The translations under genes and the position numbers were made by a program. Below the pieces are notes generated by a model. It did not search any database, was not told the DNA's origin, and saw nothing but the letters and a program-made list of their open reading frames with translations. Shown one piece after another: positions 39,040-51,469 of a stretch of DNA of 64,000 nucleotides (its first letter is position 1; each line of letters opens with the position of its first letter). The stretch is taken from NCBI GenBank assembly GCA_036172245.1, contig JAYWIR010000061.1, positions 248,001-312,000 on the forward strand, read 5' to 3'. Source of the stretch: Raillietiella orientalis (taxonomy: Eukaryota).

Positions 39040-41040
39040 CACCTGTCATCCAAAAGTGCGTTTCGTGTGCTGTTTGCTGCCCGCCGCCGAGTGCACCGAT
39101 AAGGGTGCTGCTTGCTCCTGGTGCCGATAAGTCGCCACCGAAAGGCCATCGCTGGAGGTGCTCCAGCCAGCAGCGTATTGAGGTATCGGCGCGTCCATAG
39201 CGTCACGGGGGAGGGGGGGGGGGCTTGGCGCGAGCGTCTCCACGCGTGCGCTGACTCCGGCGCGAGCTTTGTTGCCACCAGCGCCCACCTGCCGCGTGCG
39301 GCGGCGTGGAGAAGCGCCGCGGCATTGCATGGCTTCTCTCCCGTTCGCCGAAGGACGTTCGCTCTGCGATTCCCGGGATGCGCCTGGGATCGCAACACCC
39401 CCCGTTCATCCTGCATTTCCGTCGATTCGGTTTCTCTGGCGACGTGCACCCAGCGATTCGAGACCCGGCCTGGTCCCGCGCGAGACACGGGACGGGAGGG
39501 GGGGAGATGATGGGTAGGCATGGCAAGGCGCGCGGAGGAGAGCATCTGCCGCCGCGCGCGCGCCTCGCCAGCGCCACGGATCCGCCGTCTGCCTGTGCTC
39601 GCCCGGCGCGCTCTCCCCGAGGCGCGTCGCCCCTGCGCGGCTGGAGCGTTTCATTCAGCGGGGCCTCGCTGATGCCCCGTGCCGTCTGCCTCATCTCATC
39701 CCTGGGAGCTGCGCCCCACGCAGAGGGAAGGCTGCCGGATGCCTCCCTCAGCCCCTCCTCCCTGCCGCGGCGCAGCTCGACGAAGAGGCACCGGTGGGCG
39801 GTCGCGCCCCACGCTTCGCCCTTCTGGGATCAGAGCGGCTCCCTCCCCTACCGGTGCTCCCGTCCGGCTGCTCGTGGGAGTCGCGGCTGAGGGCTCCATC
39901 ATTCGGTCGGTACCGGGGAAAAGCCGCAGCGCCAGTGGGCGCAGCGAGGGCGTGCTTGAGGAGGATCGCGCGTCCCCCAGTGAGCCAGCAACCTGGTTCG
40001 CATTCCCCTCCCAGCGCCGCTGACAAGCCGGGCGGCCTCTCCCTTCGAAGGAGGAAGACAGGATCCAGATGAATTCCTCCTTCCCCCTCCTCCCGGTGGG
40101 TGACGTTCGGTGGTGGCCCTTCCTTCCCTTCCTCCTCCTCCTCTTCCTCCTCCTTTCCTCCTCCTCTTCCCTTTTTCCTCTTCCTTCCTTCTCCCTTCCT
40201 CCTCCTCCTCCCTTACTCCCTTCCCCTCTATTTCCTCCCTTTCTGTTCTCCTCCCGCGAGCCAGGACGCTAAAGACTGGGCTTCGGAGAAGGTGGAGGAG
40301 GGAGGGTTCGCCCCCGTTCCCGCGCGCCAAGGAACGGCCTTTTCATCCCAGGCCGCCGGACTGCCCACCGAAGAGTAAAGCCCCTCTGGAGTGGGAAAGA
40401 AGAGCTCGTCGTGTGTGGGTCCGAAGAGGAAAGGGTGCAGCTTTCGCTGGAGGGCCATGCGGCTGCGGCCTGCGAGCTCGAGGCACTGGACGTCGCGGGT
40501 TCGAATTCCTCCCGGGGGAAGCGTCGATCTCCCGAGAAAGGGGGATGCGTCGTGAGTTCCAAGTCTCCCCCGCAGGGTGACCTTGGCTTTGATTGCGGCA
40601 TTGGTGGAAACCAGAAGCCCCCGATCACTTACCGGGACCGACCTCCCTGGACCGTCCGAAATGCTTCCGAGAATCAGGGAGCCTAGGAGTCCTTCGGTGT
40701 TCCCCTGCGGTTGTGAAAAGGGAGCCGTTCCCCCCGCCCTTCCCCTCGAAGAGGACCTTCCATCGTGTACCATGGGGACTGTTGACACTATCCTTGGGGG
40801 GTCGCCGCTCCAGAGGGTTAAGAAACGTGCTCCCTTCGGGGAGCGCCCTTCAAGGAAAGCGTCCCTTCGGGGTTATCCTCAGAGGAAGAAACGAGGAGCG
40901 GCCCCCTCTGGAGGGTGCCTCCGGAGAGAATAAGGAAGGGGTGGTTCGAGGTTCGCTTTCAAGAGTGTGGGGAATAGATTCCTCCCTCCAGAGTCTTCCT
41001 GGATTTATAGGGAGGTCCCTGCGGGTCACCCCCTAACTAG
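39040..41040 (-). mobile_element. Heavily deleted L1/Tx1-type relic
   Basis: 40400-41030 is homologous to 50400-51010 (cgcgggttcgaat, gttaagaa, gaagaaacgaggagcgg, ctggatt.atagg). DGLSVATYRH..RCTRRRAANSTRNALLD at 39045-39150 is a decayed C-terminal zinc knuckle. Confidence 0.5.
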
Positions 41041-43299
41041 AAGAGTCACATGCACCTTCGGAAGGCATGGAACAGTGGGTGCACAACGGGGAGGGGGAGG
41101 GGAGGGAGACTGGCAGGGGAGAGCAGTAAGCAGATAAACAACTAGGGGCGGGGTGAACCGGCTTCACAGTGAAGGGGGCAATTCCGTAGGGCCTGCTCCG
41201 GGAAGGGACAACTTACGGGGAGCGACACGCTGCCATCATGGTCCGAGTTCCAGTGGGAAGAGCTCTAGCTTTTCTGCAGTTTGCTTATTCCTTAGGAGCT
41301 CTCTTCGATTGGACGGAATGGTGTTCCTCGCTTTAAGGGACATCGACCAGGAAGCCTGGGACCGAGAATGCCCTCGGGAGATTTCCAGGTCGCTAGTGAA
41401 AGGAAAAGGGAAGAGGAGACCGCGCCAGGGCATCCCCTCAGGGTTTAACCGTGGGGAAAATCCGGCTGCACGTTTGCCAAAAGTGGAGGTTAGGGAGGTC
41501 TGGCAGAGCAAGGGCGAGGTCGCTTTCCTGGTCCCACTTCGCGAGGAAGAGCGGCCAAATGGGGTGGACGTGGGCGGCCGTCATCGTGGGTGCTGCGAAT
41601 CCTTTCCCCTCCCGGTTCTTCCCCATGCCAGACACAGCCAATTTCCGGGAAAGCCTGACGCTGCTTCGGGGAGGGGAGGGGTCACTCGCGTGGGACCCGA
41701 GTGCCATCCTGGCTCTCGGAAGACGCCAGCAGGAGCGTTCGCCACAGGGACAAACAGGTACGCCCTTCCCTGATCCCGTCCCTCGGCAGTGCATCGCCGC
41801 CTCGACGAGGGCAGGGAGCATCCGGGATGGCGTCTCCCCGCAGCCTTTTCCGCAACTTCCGCCCCGCTGCAGCGTCGCTTCCCAGCATCCCGAGTGGCGT
41901 TGCTGCGCCGACGGAGCTTTTTTTTTTTTTTTTTTCCACCTGCGCCCGCATCGCCCCGCTGACCCGATTCCCGCACGGACCTGCTCGCCGGTTTCGGCCA
42001 CACGCCTGAGGCGAGCAGCCTCCCTCTCCCCCTCTCATTCCCGTACGGCGGTGGAGGGGGAGGAGGAAGAGGAGGTCTCGCCCGCGGGCCACTTCTGTTG
42101 CGCCGAACAGGTGGTTTTCCCTTGGGTGTTCTCTCTTCCCGCACCGCCGGGCGGGAGAACCCGCGAGGTTTCCCCCATGGAGCTCCCGTTCCTCGTCTTC
42201 CTCCCATCCCCCCCATGAAATAGTCCCCTTGGTTTCCCTTCGTGTCCCCATCGCCTCCTCCAGGGTCCATGAGGGATCCGGAGCAGGAGCTCTTGGGGAG
42301 GAGACGCCGCTTGGACCTAGAGCCGAGCTACTGCGTTGCCATGGAGAAAGACGCAGCCGAGCAGTGTCGCCCCCTCTTCCACGGTTCTGGCTGCTCCCTC
42401 CGCCCTTTCGGGGAATCGGGGCTACCTCCGTCCGACGGGCGGACGCTTCGGGAACGATACCGTTTCCGGTGAACTGCCAAGGCGGAACCCCGGCAACAGC
42501 CGCGGTTCCGCGGCAACCAGGCGCGCCGTCCACTTGGCGCCACGCCGCCACGTGCGGGCGGCCGGGGGCGGACCAAAACGCTGGCAGCCGCTGCCTTCTG
42601 CATGCGGGATGCGATGAAGTGCCCTTCCTCCATTTCGGGACGGGGAGCGCGTTGGAACGACCGGCGGACGCGTCACCTTCCATCGCCTCTGTTCCCACGT
42701 TCCCTTCTTCCCTCCCACCTCCTCGAAGTCCTTGGGCTTCGAAGGGGGTGTTTCGCCCTGCTGCCCCCTGCGGATGGGATCCCGTCCGCAAAGTTCCCTG
42801 TTTTCCGGCGAGAAGGGTTGGGAGGTGGGGTGTGGGGCTTCATAGTGGCAAGGGGAGGCGCTTTCGGACGCGCAGCTTGCAAGTCCAAGCGAGAGGTTGG
42901 CGCGCGGCCTCGCCCACGAAATTCGTTTCGGACGTGGCAAAGAGATCGCCCAGACGGACTCCAGGAGATCCCTCCAGGAGATGTTTATCCTCACGGGAGC
43001 CGATCTCGATCGTGAGTAGCTGCGTCTTCCTCTCCTTTGAAAGGGAGAGAGTATGGGGCGGCTTCCAAGGTCTCCGGCGACGAGAGGAACGTGCAAATGG
43101 GACGTCTCTCAGCGTCTCCGTTCGTGACCCGGCGCCTAGCCCGTTATCGGGGAGAGAAGGAACCGCTCTTTTTTATCCCGGGAACATCCCTTAATTAGGA
43201 TGTTTTTCCTCGAACTTCGCGAAGACATTGCGTGAAAGCCGGTCTCCTAGGCACCGATGGACCATTCGGCTCGCCGGACGGGAGCTTTCGTGCTGCCCA

Positions 43300-44790
43300 A
43301 ATGCAGCCGCACACGCGATCGAGCCGTCGCTGCAGATGGCCCCAGGGAGGGTCTTTCGCGATGGTCGCCGCGGACGGAGGCTGGGTCTGCGGTTCAAACC
43401 GCTCGCTTCCCGCATCCCCTCGGGCATCTCCCGGATCTTTCGCGAAGTCCGTGTCGAAGACCCTCATGGACTGTCGCCACCGCCGTGACAGACGCCAGTC
43501 GCCCCCGGTCCGCCCGCTGTCCGGTATCCGAGGCAGCGTCCGAGCGGCGGGAGGGCGCGAGAGTCTAGCCGGAGGGAGGTCAGGTGCATCGGACAGTATC
43601 GCGCCTCGGGCCATCCCCCCCCCCTTCCCCTTATTCAACGATGGACGCCTCCGCTTTTCACACCCCCGATCTGTGCACGCAGTACGACTCGACCCTGGCC
43701 TGCCACGGATGGGGCACCGACCCCTCGCGAGGAGGGTGCGGAGGCGCTCGGAGAGTCGTTACGTCATGCGCTCGGCAGATACGCCGAACAGACGAACCCC
43801 GCGGTCGCAGGGAGGCACAGCTGGCATTCTGGCGGCACGCGACGAGAAGCGTTGGGCAGGTTGGGGAGCCTGCACCCAGCCTACCTGACGGGGAAATCCG
43901 CCGCGGGAAGATGAAAACTGGTACGCTGAACGGAACATCATCTTGCCGACACCTCTGCGGCCACCACCACGCCCATTCCGAGGGACTCCTCCTTTGGGCG
44001 AATCGCTCGGACACCCCTTCGGGTTCAGCGAGGATCCTTGCGGCGTCTTGGGGACAGCTCCGTGCTCCCTAGTAGTGTCGGGACTCGGCGTTGCGATCTC
44101 CGCCTGAGGCCGCCCCGCGTGCCGTCGTCATCGGACATGGGGGCGAAGGTGGGGGAGGAGGAAGAGTCATGGTCCCAGAATTTGGCGCCAGACGCAGTGA
44201 GCGCGAAATCTTCCCTCGCCTACTGGTTGGGCCGCCCTTCGGAACGCGTGAAAGCGCCTCGCTGCGTTTCTACAACCGGCAAGGAACATCCCAGAGGGCA
44301 GGCCGAACCGCCTATTCATGCGTGGCACAGTGCGCCACCACAGAACCCTGGCGACGAGGTGCGGCCGAAGAGGCCTGGCACACAAGGACGCCTGACCCCA
44401 AGACGGCACCGCCTACAACGAAAGGGAGAGGAGAAACTTGCCTGCACCCTGGACACGATTTTAAAGGGTACCGGGGAGTTACTGGTGACCTTCCCCTCTG
44501 CCCCTCCAATGTGACTGGATTCTGAGGACTCCAGAGGGTTGTTTTTTGCTTCCCTTCCAATGCGTTTTAAGGACAAATTTCTTATGCGCTGTTTATTTTT
44601 TTCGTTTACTCCCTTCCTCCCTATTTTCCTTGTTTCAACCTCGGCCGGTAGGCTGCACGTGAGAACCCGGAGCTAACGTCCCCGGAGCAGCGTGGTGGGT
44701 TTGCAGCTCCACTGCGAAGAAGCGACCTATACGTTTACACCTGGCAGTTTACACGTGAACACGTGTTTACGTTTAACCGGTGACGGGGGT
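43300..44790 (+). mobile_element. L1/Tx1-type relic, 3' portion (may start near 41150)
   Basis: GARRSEREIFPRLLVG (44184-44231) is a decayed CARCGxRESLPHLLxxC, followed by a T-rich 3'UTR like the other copies. Confidence 0.5.
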
Positions 44791-45419
44791 GACCGGTTGA
44801 AAACGCTGAGCGAACGGTGAAATCCTTCGAATCCGCTCCCGGGATTCGAAGTTCCAATGTGACAGGACGTTGTCTCTCCAATGTTATCGATAAAGGGAGG
44901 GGCAAGGAGGAAGGAGAGTAGCCATCCTGGACGTCGCTTCTCCCCTCCCTGAGAACCTAGCAACGGCTATGGAAGTGAGGAGAGTTCGTAGCAGAGGATC
45001 CCACCACCTACAACAGAGTGTGCCCAACAGAGGAGGCGTTGGATGTGGGATGTGTGGGATCTTAGGACAATGCGAACAAAGGTGTGCTGAGGGAGTCAGG
45101 GGAGAGATGGCGTCCTGCAACCCCCATCATCCCCGGGACGGATGCCGGAAGCGTGCGTGGGTCACTGTCTCCCGTGAGAGTGCCCTCGAGTGACGGGGAC
45201 TCAGAAGGACAGTCAGAGAAGGCGGCGGGAATATCCCACACTTCACTCGCTTATGCCTCGCCATTTCGATGGGATGGTAGGCAACAAATTGGTGAAGGAA
45301 TATTCGGGAACATCTGATTTGCGATCTCCACGGAGACGCGGGGAATTCTCCCCCGTTCTCATCCTTTGCTCACTTTCTTGTCCTCTTGCTGCAAGGCAGG
45401 ATCGGTAGCCGGTGGCCTA

Positions 45420-48045
45420 CCCACCCAGCTTATCCTGGGGACAGAACGCAAGCGAAACGACGGCGTTTTCCCCACGCGCACCTCCCATGCGTGATGCGCT
45501 TCTAATCGCGAATGGGCGCAGCGAGATAAATTCAGGACAGATGACGTTGCCGGCAGTCCAGAAAGCTCAGAGTGGAGCGCCGTTCTTAACGAGCATCCTT
45601 CGAGTGGTTGGGTTCAGATAGCATGGCCTTCCCTCTCTGCGTCTTGCTGGAAGCGACCACTTACCTTTGCCTCTTGGCATCCTCCCACACCCTCTCCGGG
45701 GAATGCGCTTCATAAACCTGCAGCCACGGGAACGGAAACGGCATCACGAATTTTCTGGTGAGGATGCCCTCCCCCCTCTCCCACGCTCTAGAGCGAACCA
45801 AAGCTCGGAACGTGGGCATCTCCGATGCATCTTCCTCTTCCGTGGTTTCGTGCGCACCGTTAAGAGAGAAAGGATCTGCTCGACGCGGCAGCACACTGGC
45901 GCACAGATCACCCGGCAGATCGGTGCCCGAGATGCGTGTAGCGGCGCAGTGGACCGATGGTTGATGCAGCCCGTCTTCCAGCATCGAGGTCCAAATGGGC
46001 AGCAGCTTCCGGAGAGCAAGGGCTCGTTCCGGAGTACGGTGTAATCGAAGAAAATCCCTGGGTGGTTTTCGGAAACAGCGGGCACAGGACAACATAATGG
46101 ACGTTCGCGTTTCATTCTTCGGTTAGAGACGAAGATTGCAGATCCCTTCCGAAGATTGCAGGTCTGCGAAGGGTCCCTTCGGCCTGCTTGGGATGTGCCC
46201 AAGTCTTCATGCTGCCGATTTCCCGACTTCTCCCTCGATGCAAAAGGGAACACGACTCCTGCCCTTCCGAGCAACCACCGTGTGAGAGTCCGCCGTCGCA
46301 TTCAGACCACGGGGGGTCGTCCTCTAGATGCGGCTGCACGGGGAACGCTCGCACGGAAAGCGGCGGGAACACCTCCCCTCCTAAACAGCAGGCCCTCGGG
46401 GGCTCCTCGGTGCGACTGGGGTGAAGAGACCACGGAGGCTGGAAGGAAAAGCCCTGTGGACCGAAAGCCCTGCGGCGGCGGCTAGAACGATCGGTGATGC
46501 TATTTCCTCCGAGCCCAGAACTCCTGCAGGAGCACTGCCGGCAAGACGACGACGCCTTTAGGAGCTCAAACTGGCCCAAGGGTGCCCAAGACGCGGGAGG
46601 TGTCGAGGAGGTTCGTTGCTGCCAGAAGGGTATGGGGCTGAGGATCCCGGAGTCGCCCCATTCCGACGCTTGGTCCGCGAACAGCGCAGGAAGCTTGCAG
46701 GAGACATCGCCAGCCCTGCGAGGAGCAGGCAAAGCGCGCCTCGTGTGCCTCCTCCTCCAGGACGCATGCATGTCTCTCTCTCCGTGCCAAACGCGTGACC
46801 GCCATGCCTCAAGACTCGTGTCCGACCCGCCGACCCGGAGACGGGCACGTCCGACTCGGTGCAAGAGCAGCGTCCGTTAGCTGCTGGCCCGTGGACCAAC
46901 GCCGCGGGGAGACGGCACTGCCAGCGCGCTTCCGCGTCTTCTCCGGCTGTGTGCATTCCTTTCTCCACCTCCCATCCCCTTTCTGCAAAAGCTTCCGGTC
47001 TTCAGGAGCGAAGTCCCTTAGGGCGAAGGTTCCGCCGGCGGCGGCGTCTCTCTCGCCCGACCTTCTGTGATGGGTGGCGTGCATGCGACAGGAAGTTCCT
47101 TCACAGCCAGGCAGTCAAGAACTCGTCCACAGGGACGCCCCTTTCTTTCCCGACCTGCCTCGGCCTCAAGGACTCGAGGCCTTACCTGCTTGGGATGATG
47201 GCTACGTTGAGCACTCTGCCTGCCTCAAGAGCGTCTCTGCAGGCCGTGCCAAGCAGGATGTCGCACACGCAGGCCATGGAGGGGCCAAGCGAAGATTTCG
47301 ATGCAGAACGGGTGCATTTTCCGAAGGACTATTGCGCTGGGATGAGCTACTGGGAATCCCACAGGAAGATGACTTCAACTGGCTCTAGCGCTAGAGAACA
47401 GCGGGGCTCTCCCCCTGAAGTGGCAGGAGTCGGCACTTCTGCTGTTGCACTGGGGTCTCCCGTGCAACACACACCACTCTTATTGGACCTGGAGGGCTGT
47501 GGACCCCAGCTGCTGCAGGTGCGGAGAACGGAAATCCCAGCTCCCGCACCTGCTCGTAGACTGCGTTGCCCTCCGGCCCTTGATGCACCGATGGACAATC
47601 CCAGGGACGCCTCTTCCTATGCGATACCCTTTCGCTTGCCACATCCAGTAGGCAGCAGCAAAGAGCTGCTGCCTACGTGGGATTCTGGCAGAATGGAGCT
47701 ACGCGAAAGGAGGATGGCTCGATAGGGATGCCAGCTGCTTCGCCCTACTCTTCCTGCAGATGGCAGCAAGATGGCCTTAACCTGGGGCGTATTCACATGG
47801 AACTTGCCGGCATCCTGGAAAGGATGAGAGGACGCTCTCCGGCAGACAGCGATCCCTTCCTGCGCCTCCCAGAGTTTTCCTTTTTTATTGATTTTTGTTT
47901 TATTTTTATTTGCTCCTCCGCTGCCAAGGCGAATCTCGCCGGTCTGCGTACAGGTCACTCGGCATGTTCCGAACACTTTCGGACGATGTAGGGCTAATGG
48001 CCCTACACTTGTAGGTTTATTATTTTTTTTATAATAAGCGCCCTG
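45420..48045 (+). mobile_element. L1/Tx1-type retrotransposon relic (APE end to 3'UTR)
   Basis: GSDHLPL...RGMRFIN (APE SDH + GxWxxN, about 45650-45717), LLHWGLPCN...DPSCCRCGERKSQLPHLLVDC (zf-RVT, 47511-47564), T-rich 3'UTR ending aataagcgccc. Confidence 0.75.
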
Positions 48046-48119
48046 GAGTTACCGCCTTCTCGTGGCGACGCGCTGGTCGTCCGACAGGGCGGCGGCTAGG
48101 AGAGGCGTGGCCAAGGCGG

Positions 48120-51020
48120 TGCTGTCCGCGGAACGGGCGCGGTCTTTAGCGTCACTTCCGGAGGCGGGAAGCGATGCCTCGGGGGGGGGGGGGGGGCAAG
48201 TAGGTGCGGTGGCAAAAGAGAGCAACAGGGGTGAGGACCTCCGGAGCGGCTCGGCACTGCCCTCCCGCGCCGGGCGCGTCCGCCTTGAACTCCCGAGGAC
48301 GCCGCAAGCGAAGCCGAAGAGGAGAGAATCGCTGAGGCAGAGAGAGCCCCAGACCGACACGCTCGGGTGCCTCCGCGGCGCCGGTGCGGCCGCACCGGGC
48401 GAAGCGCGTGGTGATTGCTGCTGCTTTCCGGGAGCAACCGGGCGAGGAGATAACGGGAAGGAGCGCGCATAGTCCTTTGGGGTGTCCGTGGAAAGGAGAT
48501 TGAGGGGAGGGGGCAGGGGAAGTTCCAAGGATGCACTGGCGAGTTGACAAGTGGAAGAGCTCTCCCGTCGCTTTGGGAATGGAGGACGTGATGCGCATCT
48601 TCCGCTGACCTCTGACCTTCCCTAGCCGTCCGCCTGCCTTCCAGCTTCCGCCTGACACGAGTCGCACGAACGTGCTCCCGGACTTAGGGGAAGGAGTCAG
48701 GGTTATCCACTTCCCGGGTAAAGTAAGGGCGACGCGCACGCTCTGCAGAATGCCGACCAAGCGGCTTGTGACCAGAGCTCAGGGGTCTTCGCCCTTGCAT
48801 CCTGGATGCTGGTCAGAGTCTCGTATCAGTCTCGAGAGCGGGGAGGGCAGGAAGTAGCGCCTTTCACACTGCGGTTTGCTGCGGGGGCGATTGAGAGTTG
48901 TTCCCTGGTTGCTCCAGGTCAGATCCCTACCGTCCCTACGCTCCCTGACTTTTTTCCCAAATTCCGGGTGAACCTTCCTCCATCCTGACTGTCCCTCATG
49001 CACCGACCTGGACCGACCGGGCGTGGCGGAGAGACTCTCTAGACGAAAAGGTAGCTTTCGTTCGCTCGCAGCTTCCCGGGGAAGCAAAGGAGGGCAGAGA
49101 CCAACCTGACCGGGAGAAGGGAATTTTCCCCCTTTTCTCCAATCCCGGGAGCATCGAGCAGCTGACTCGCTGAGGGCACAGGCGCTGGAGTCATCCACCC
49201 CGCGGGACGAAGCTTCCCGGTCCACCTGTGCTTTTCCGTGTCACCAGAAAGGACAAACGCCTTCAGGCGATGGATTGTCCCGAACAAGAACCGCGCCGCC
49301 TACCATTCTGCTGATCCTTTTGATAAGGCCGCGTGGTCTCTGCTCAGGCGCTTCTGGGCAGATCCTGCCACGTCTCCGGCGCCTCCAGAGTCTCTGTTTT
49401 CTGCTCTCCAGAATTCGGCCGGTTCCGCGGCGTTGCCGTGGCGACTGCTTCCCGGATCATCCCATCGTCTTGGCAGTTCCACGGATGCGCCGCCGGGAAG
49501 CTTAGGTGCTCCAGGCTTTCTCCACGAACGGGAGGGTCAAATGCAAGGACCGAGCTTAGCTGGACTGCCGTCCTCCCGGAGGACTCGTTCTATTGATGGA
49601 GAGACCCGGTCGCCAGGGAAACGACCCTTCCTTGCCAACCGCGCGGGCTGGCAGCTGGAGGTGGGGGGTCTCCTCCGCCGCGCTGGATTTCCCACTTCGC
49701 ACTCATCCGGCGGCAGGCAGGAGGAAGCAGAATCCCTAGACCGGGATGCTGGTTCGAGGAGGGTTTCTGGATCCTCTTCTGGGTGTCGCACGGCGCTCGC
49801 AGGCATGACGGTGTGAAAATGCGGGGCGACCGCCTCGTCGACGACGACGACACTAGAGACCCTCGGAGCCCGGGAACGAAGGCGAGACCACATCGCCAGG
49901 AGCCTTCTGATCGTAGCGCTTCTTCCACGAGCGCCTCTGGCGGTGGCGTTCAGGAATCCACGGGAAGACGACGCTGCCTCGGCTGTGGGGGAGGTCCAGT
50001 CCCGCTTGAATCCGAGGGGGAGAAGGGGAGCTCCGAGTGTAGATCCACGTCGAGCTCCCGCAATCACCAGACCAGGTATCCAGGTAGAACCTCGTTGCCG
50101 ATCGGGATGCAATCCGAAAATCTCCTGGACGGACTCGTTCTTCACTCGCCTTTTCGGTTCCCTTCAGGATTTCGAAGTCGTGATGTCCCGGTCGCAGTCC
50201 GCGCAAGGAGCACCCTCACGGCGGGAAGGCGTGGGACCCGCCGGAGCAACGGCGAGAGGCACCGCCTCCGAAGAGACCTCAGAATCGGAGACGCGTCCTT
50301 GATCGGAGAGGAGAGGCGGGAAGAAAACGCTCCGCTCCTCGCGCCACCCGCCGCAAGGAAGCGCGACTTTCTTCCTATCGGAAAGCATCCGGAGCGAAAG
50401 GCAGCCACGCCCTATATGCCCGCGTTGGCGGCGGTCGCTCGGCCGCGGTCTCCGCGCGTGGTGCCAAGCGCCGCGGGTTCGAATCCCACCGTGTCAAGGA
50501 TCGATGCCGAGCAGCGGTTGAGCCGTTGGTTCGTGTTTCTCCCGCAAGATGACTCTGGTCCGCCTTGGTTCGCTTCGGGTGCGGCAGCACCGGTGGAAGC
50601 TGGCTGCCCCCGTTGCCTGGGCGGGATTAGAAGTCGATCCTGCGGGGTCCCTCCAGGAATTAGCGAGGATCCGATTCTCTCCGGGGTCCCTCTTCCCCGA
50701 TTGTGAAAGTAGAGCCCTCCATCGAGTAACACGGAGGCGGTAGGTCGGTACCTCTCCAAAGAAGTGTTAAGAAGCGCGTTGCTCCCCTCGGGGGGCAGCT
50801 CTTCGGAGAAACAGCTTCAGAGGAGCGGTATTCTTGAGAGCGCTCTCTGGAGAAGAAACGAGGAGCGGACCCCTCCGGGAGATCCCCCCCTCAGGAGAGA
50901 CGACAGAAGAGGAGGTTCCCTTCGGGGACAACCAGGGTGGAAAGTTCCCCAACCAAGCGTTAAAGACTCCTTCCTCTGGAGCCCTTTCTGGATTCATAGG
51001 TGGTCCCCTCCCTACAGCAC
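48120..51020 (-). mobile_element. L1/Tx1-type relic with internal deletions
   Basis: QEIFGLHPDRQRGSTW/TWIYT/YDQKA (APE), KFPSPGQVGL (cf. KSPGPDG), ALTLPGKWITL (cf. LSLxGRxTL) and IPKATGEL (cf. PKxxGGL), in order. Confidence 0.6.
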
Positions 51021-51109
51021 CCTCAGGTGGCGTGGAGCCGTGTCTAAAGAGCTCTATGAGCCGCCGGGCGCGCGGCGGTTCTTTTGAGGTCTTGGCGCCC
51101 TGAGTGCTT

Positions 51110-51460
51110 CCACCTGGTAAAGCCGAGGCGCTGATTCAAAAAAAAATAAATCGCATGCCAAGGAGAAACGGCGTTTCCTGGATATAAGAGATGCCAAAAG
51201 AAAAAAGAACGGAAGTTCATTGAGGATGACCACAGGCACGCAGGTCAGATTCTATAAAAGTAAGGAATGCAGAAAACGAACAATAAATAAATGAAAAAAA
51301 AAAGGGAGTGATGACAAGGGTCTTTGAGTTTTTTTTTTTTTCGTTTCTTTCTTTTCGAGAAGAGGCTGCGTATGGTGGCGATCTCACTGATGATATCATC
51401 GGTGAGAGTGGCAGATGGGGCCACTACACAACTGTCCTCATGAAGGCGGTCTGAGTTGTC
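51110..51460 (-). mobile_element. Short 3'-terminal fragment of an L1/Tx1-type element
   Basis: Homologous to 53190-53320 and 57670-57850 (aaaagta.gga, caggg/caaggg.tc.ttg, ggcgatctc, cctcatgaaggcgg). Confidence 0.5.
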
Positions 51461-51469
51461 ACTCGGGTG

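Noticed and set aside
39030..39060. Minus-strand donor GACAG|GTGAGA as a further PDE3 exon end
   Set aside because: Lies in a decayed retroelement zinc knuckle, and the upstream translation has no PDE3 similarity.
50430..50500. tRNA-like B box gcgggttcgaatcccacc
   Set aside because: No cloverleaf or A box, and the segment is homologous to 40490-40520 within a retroelement relic.
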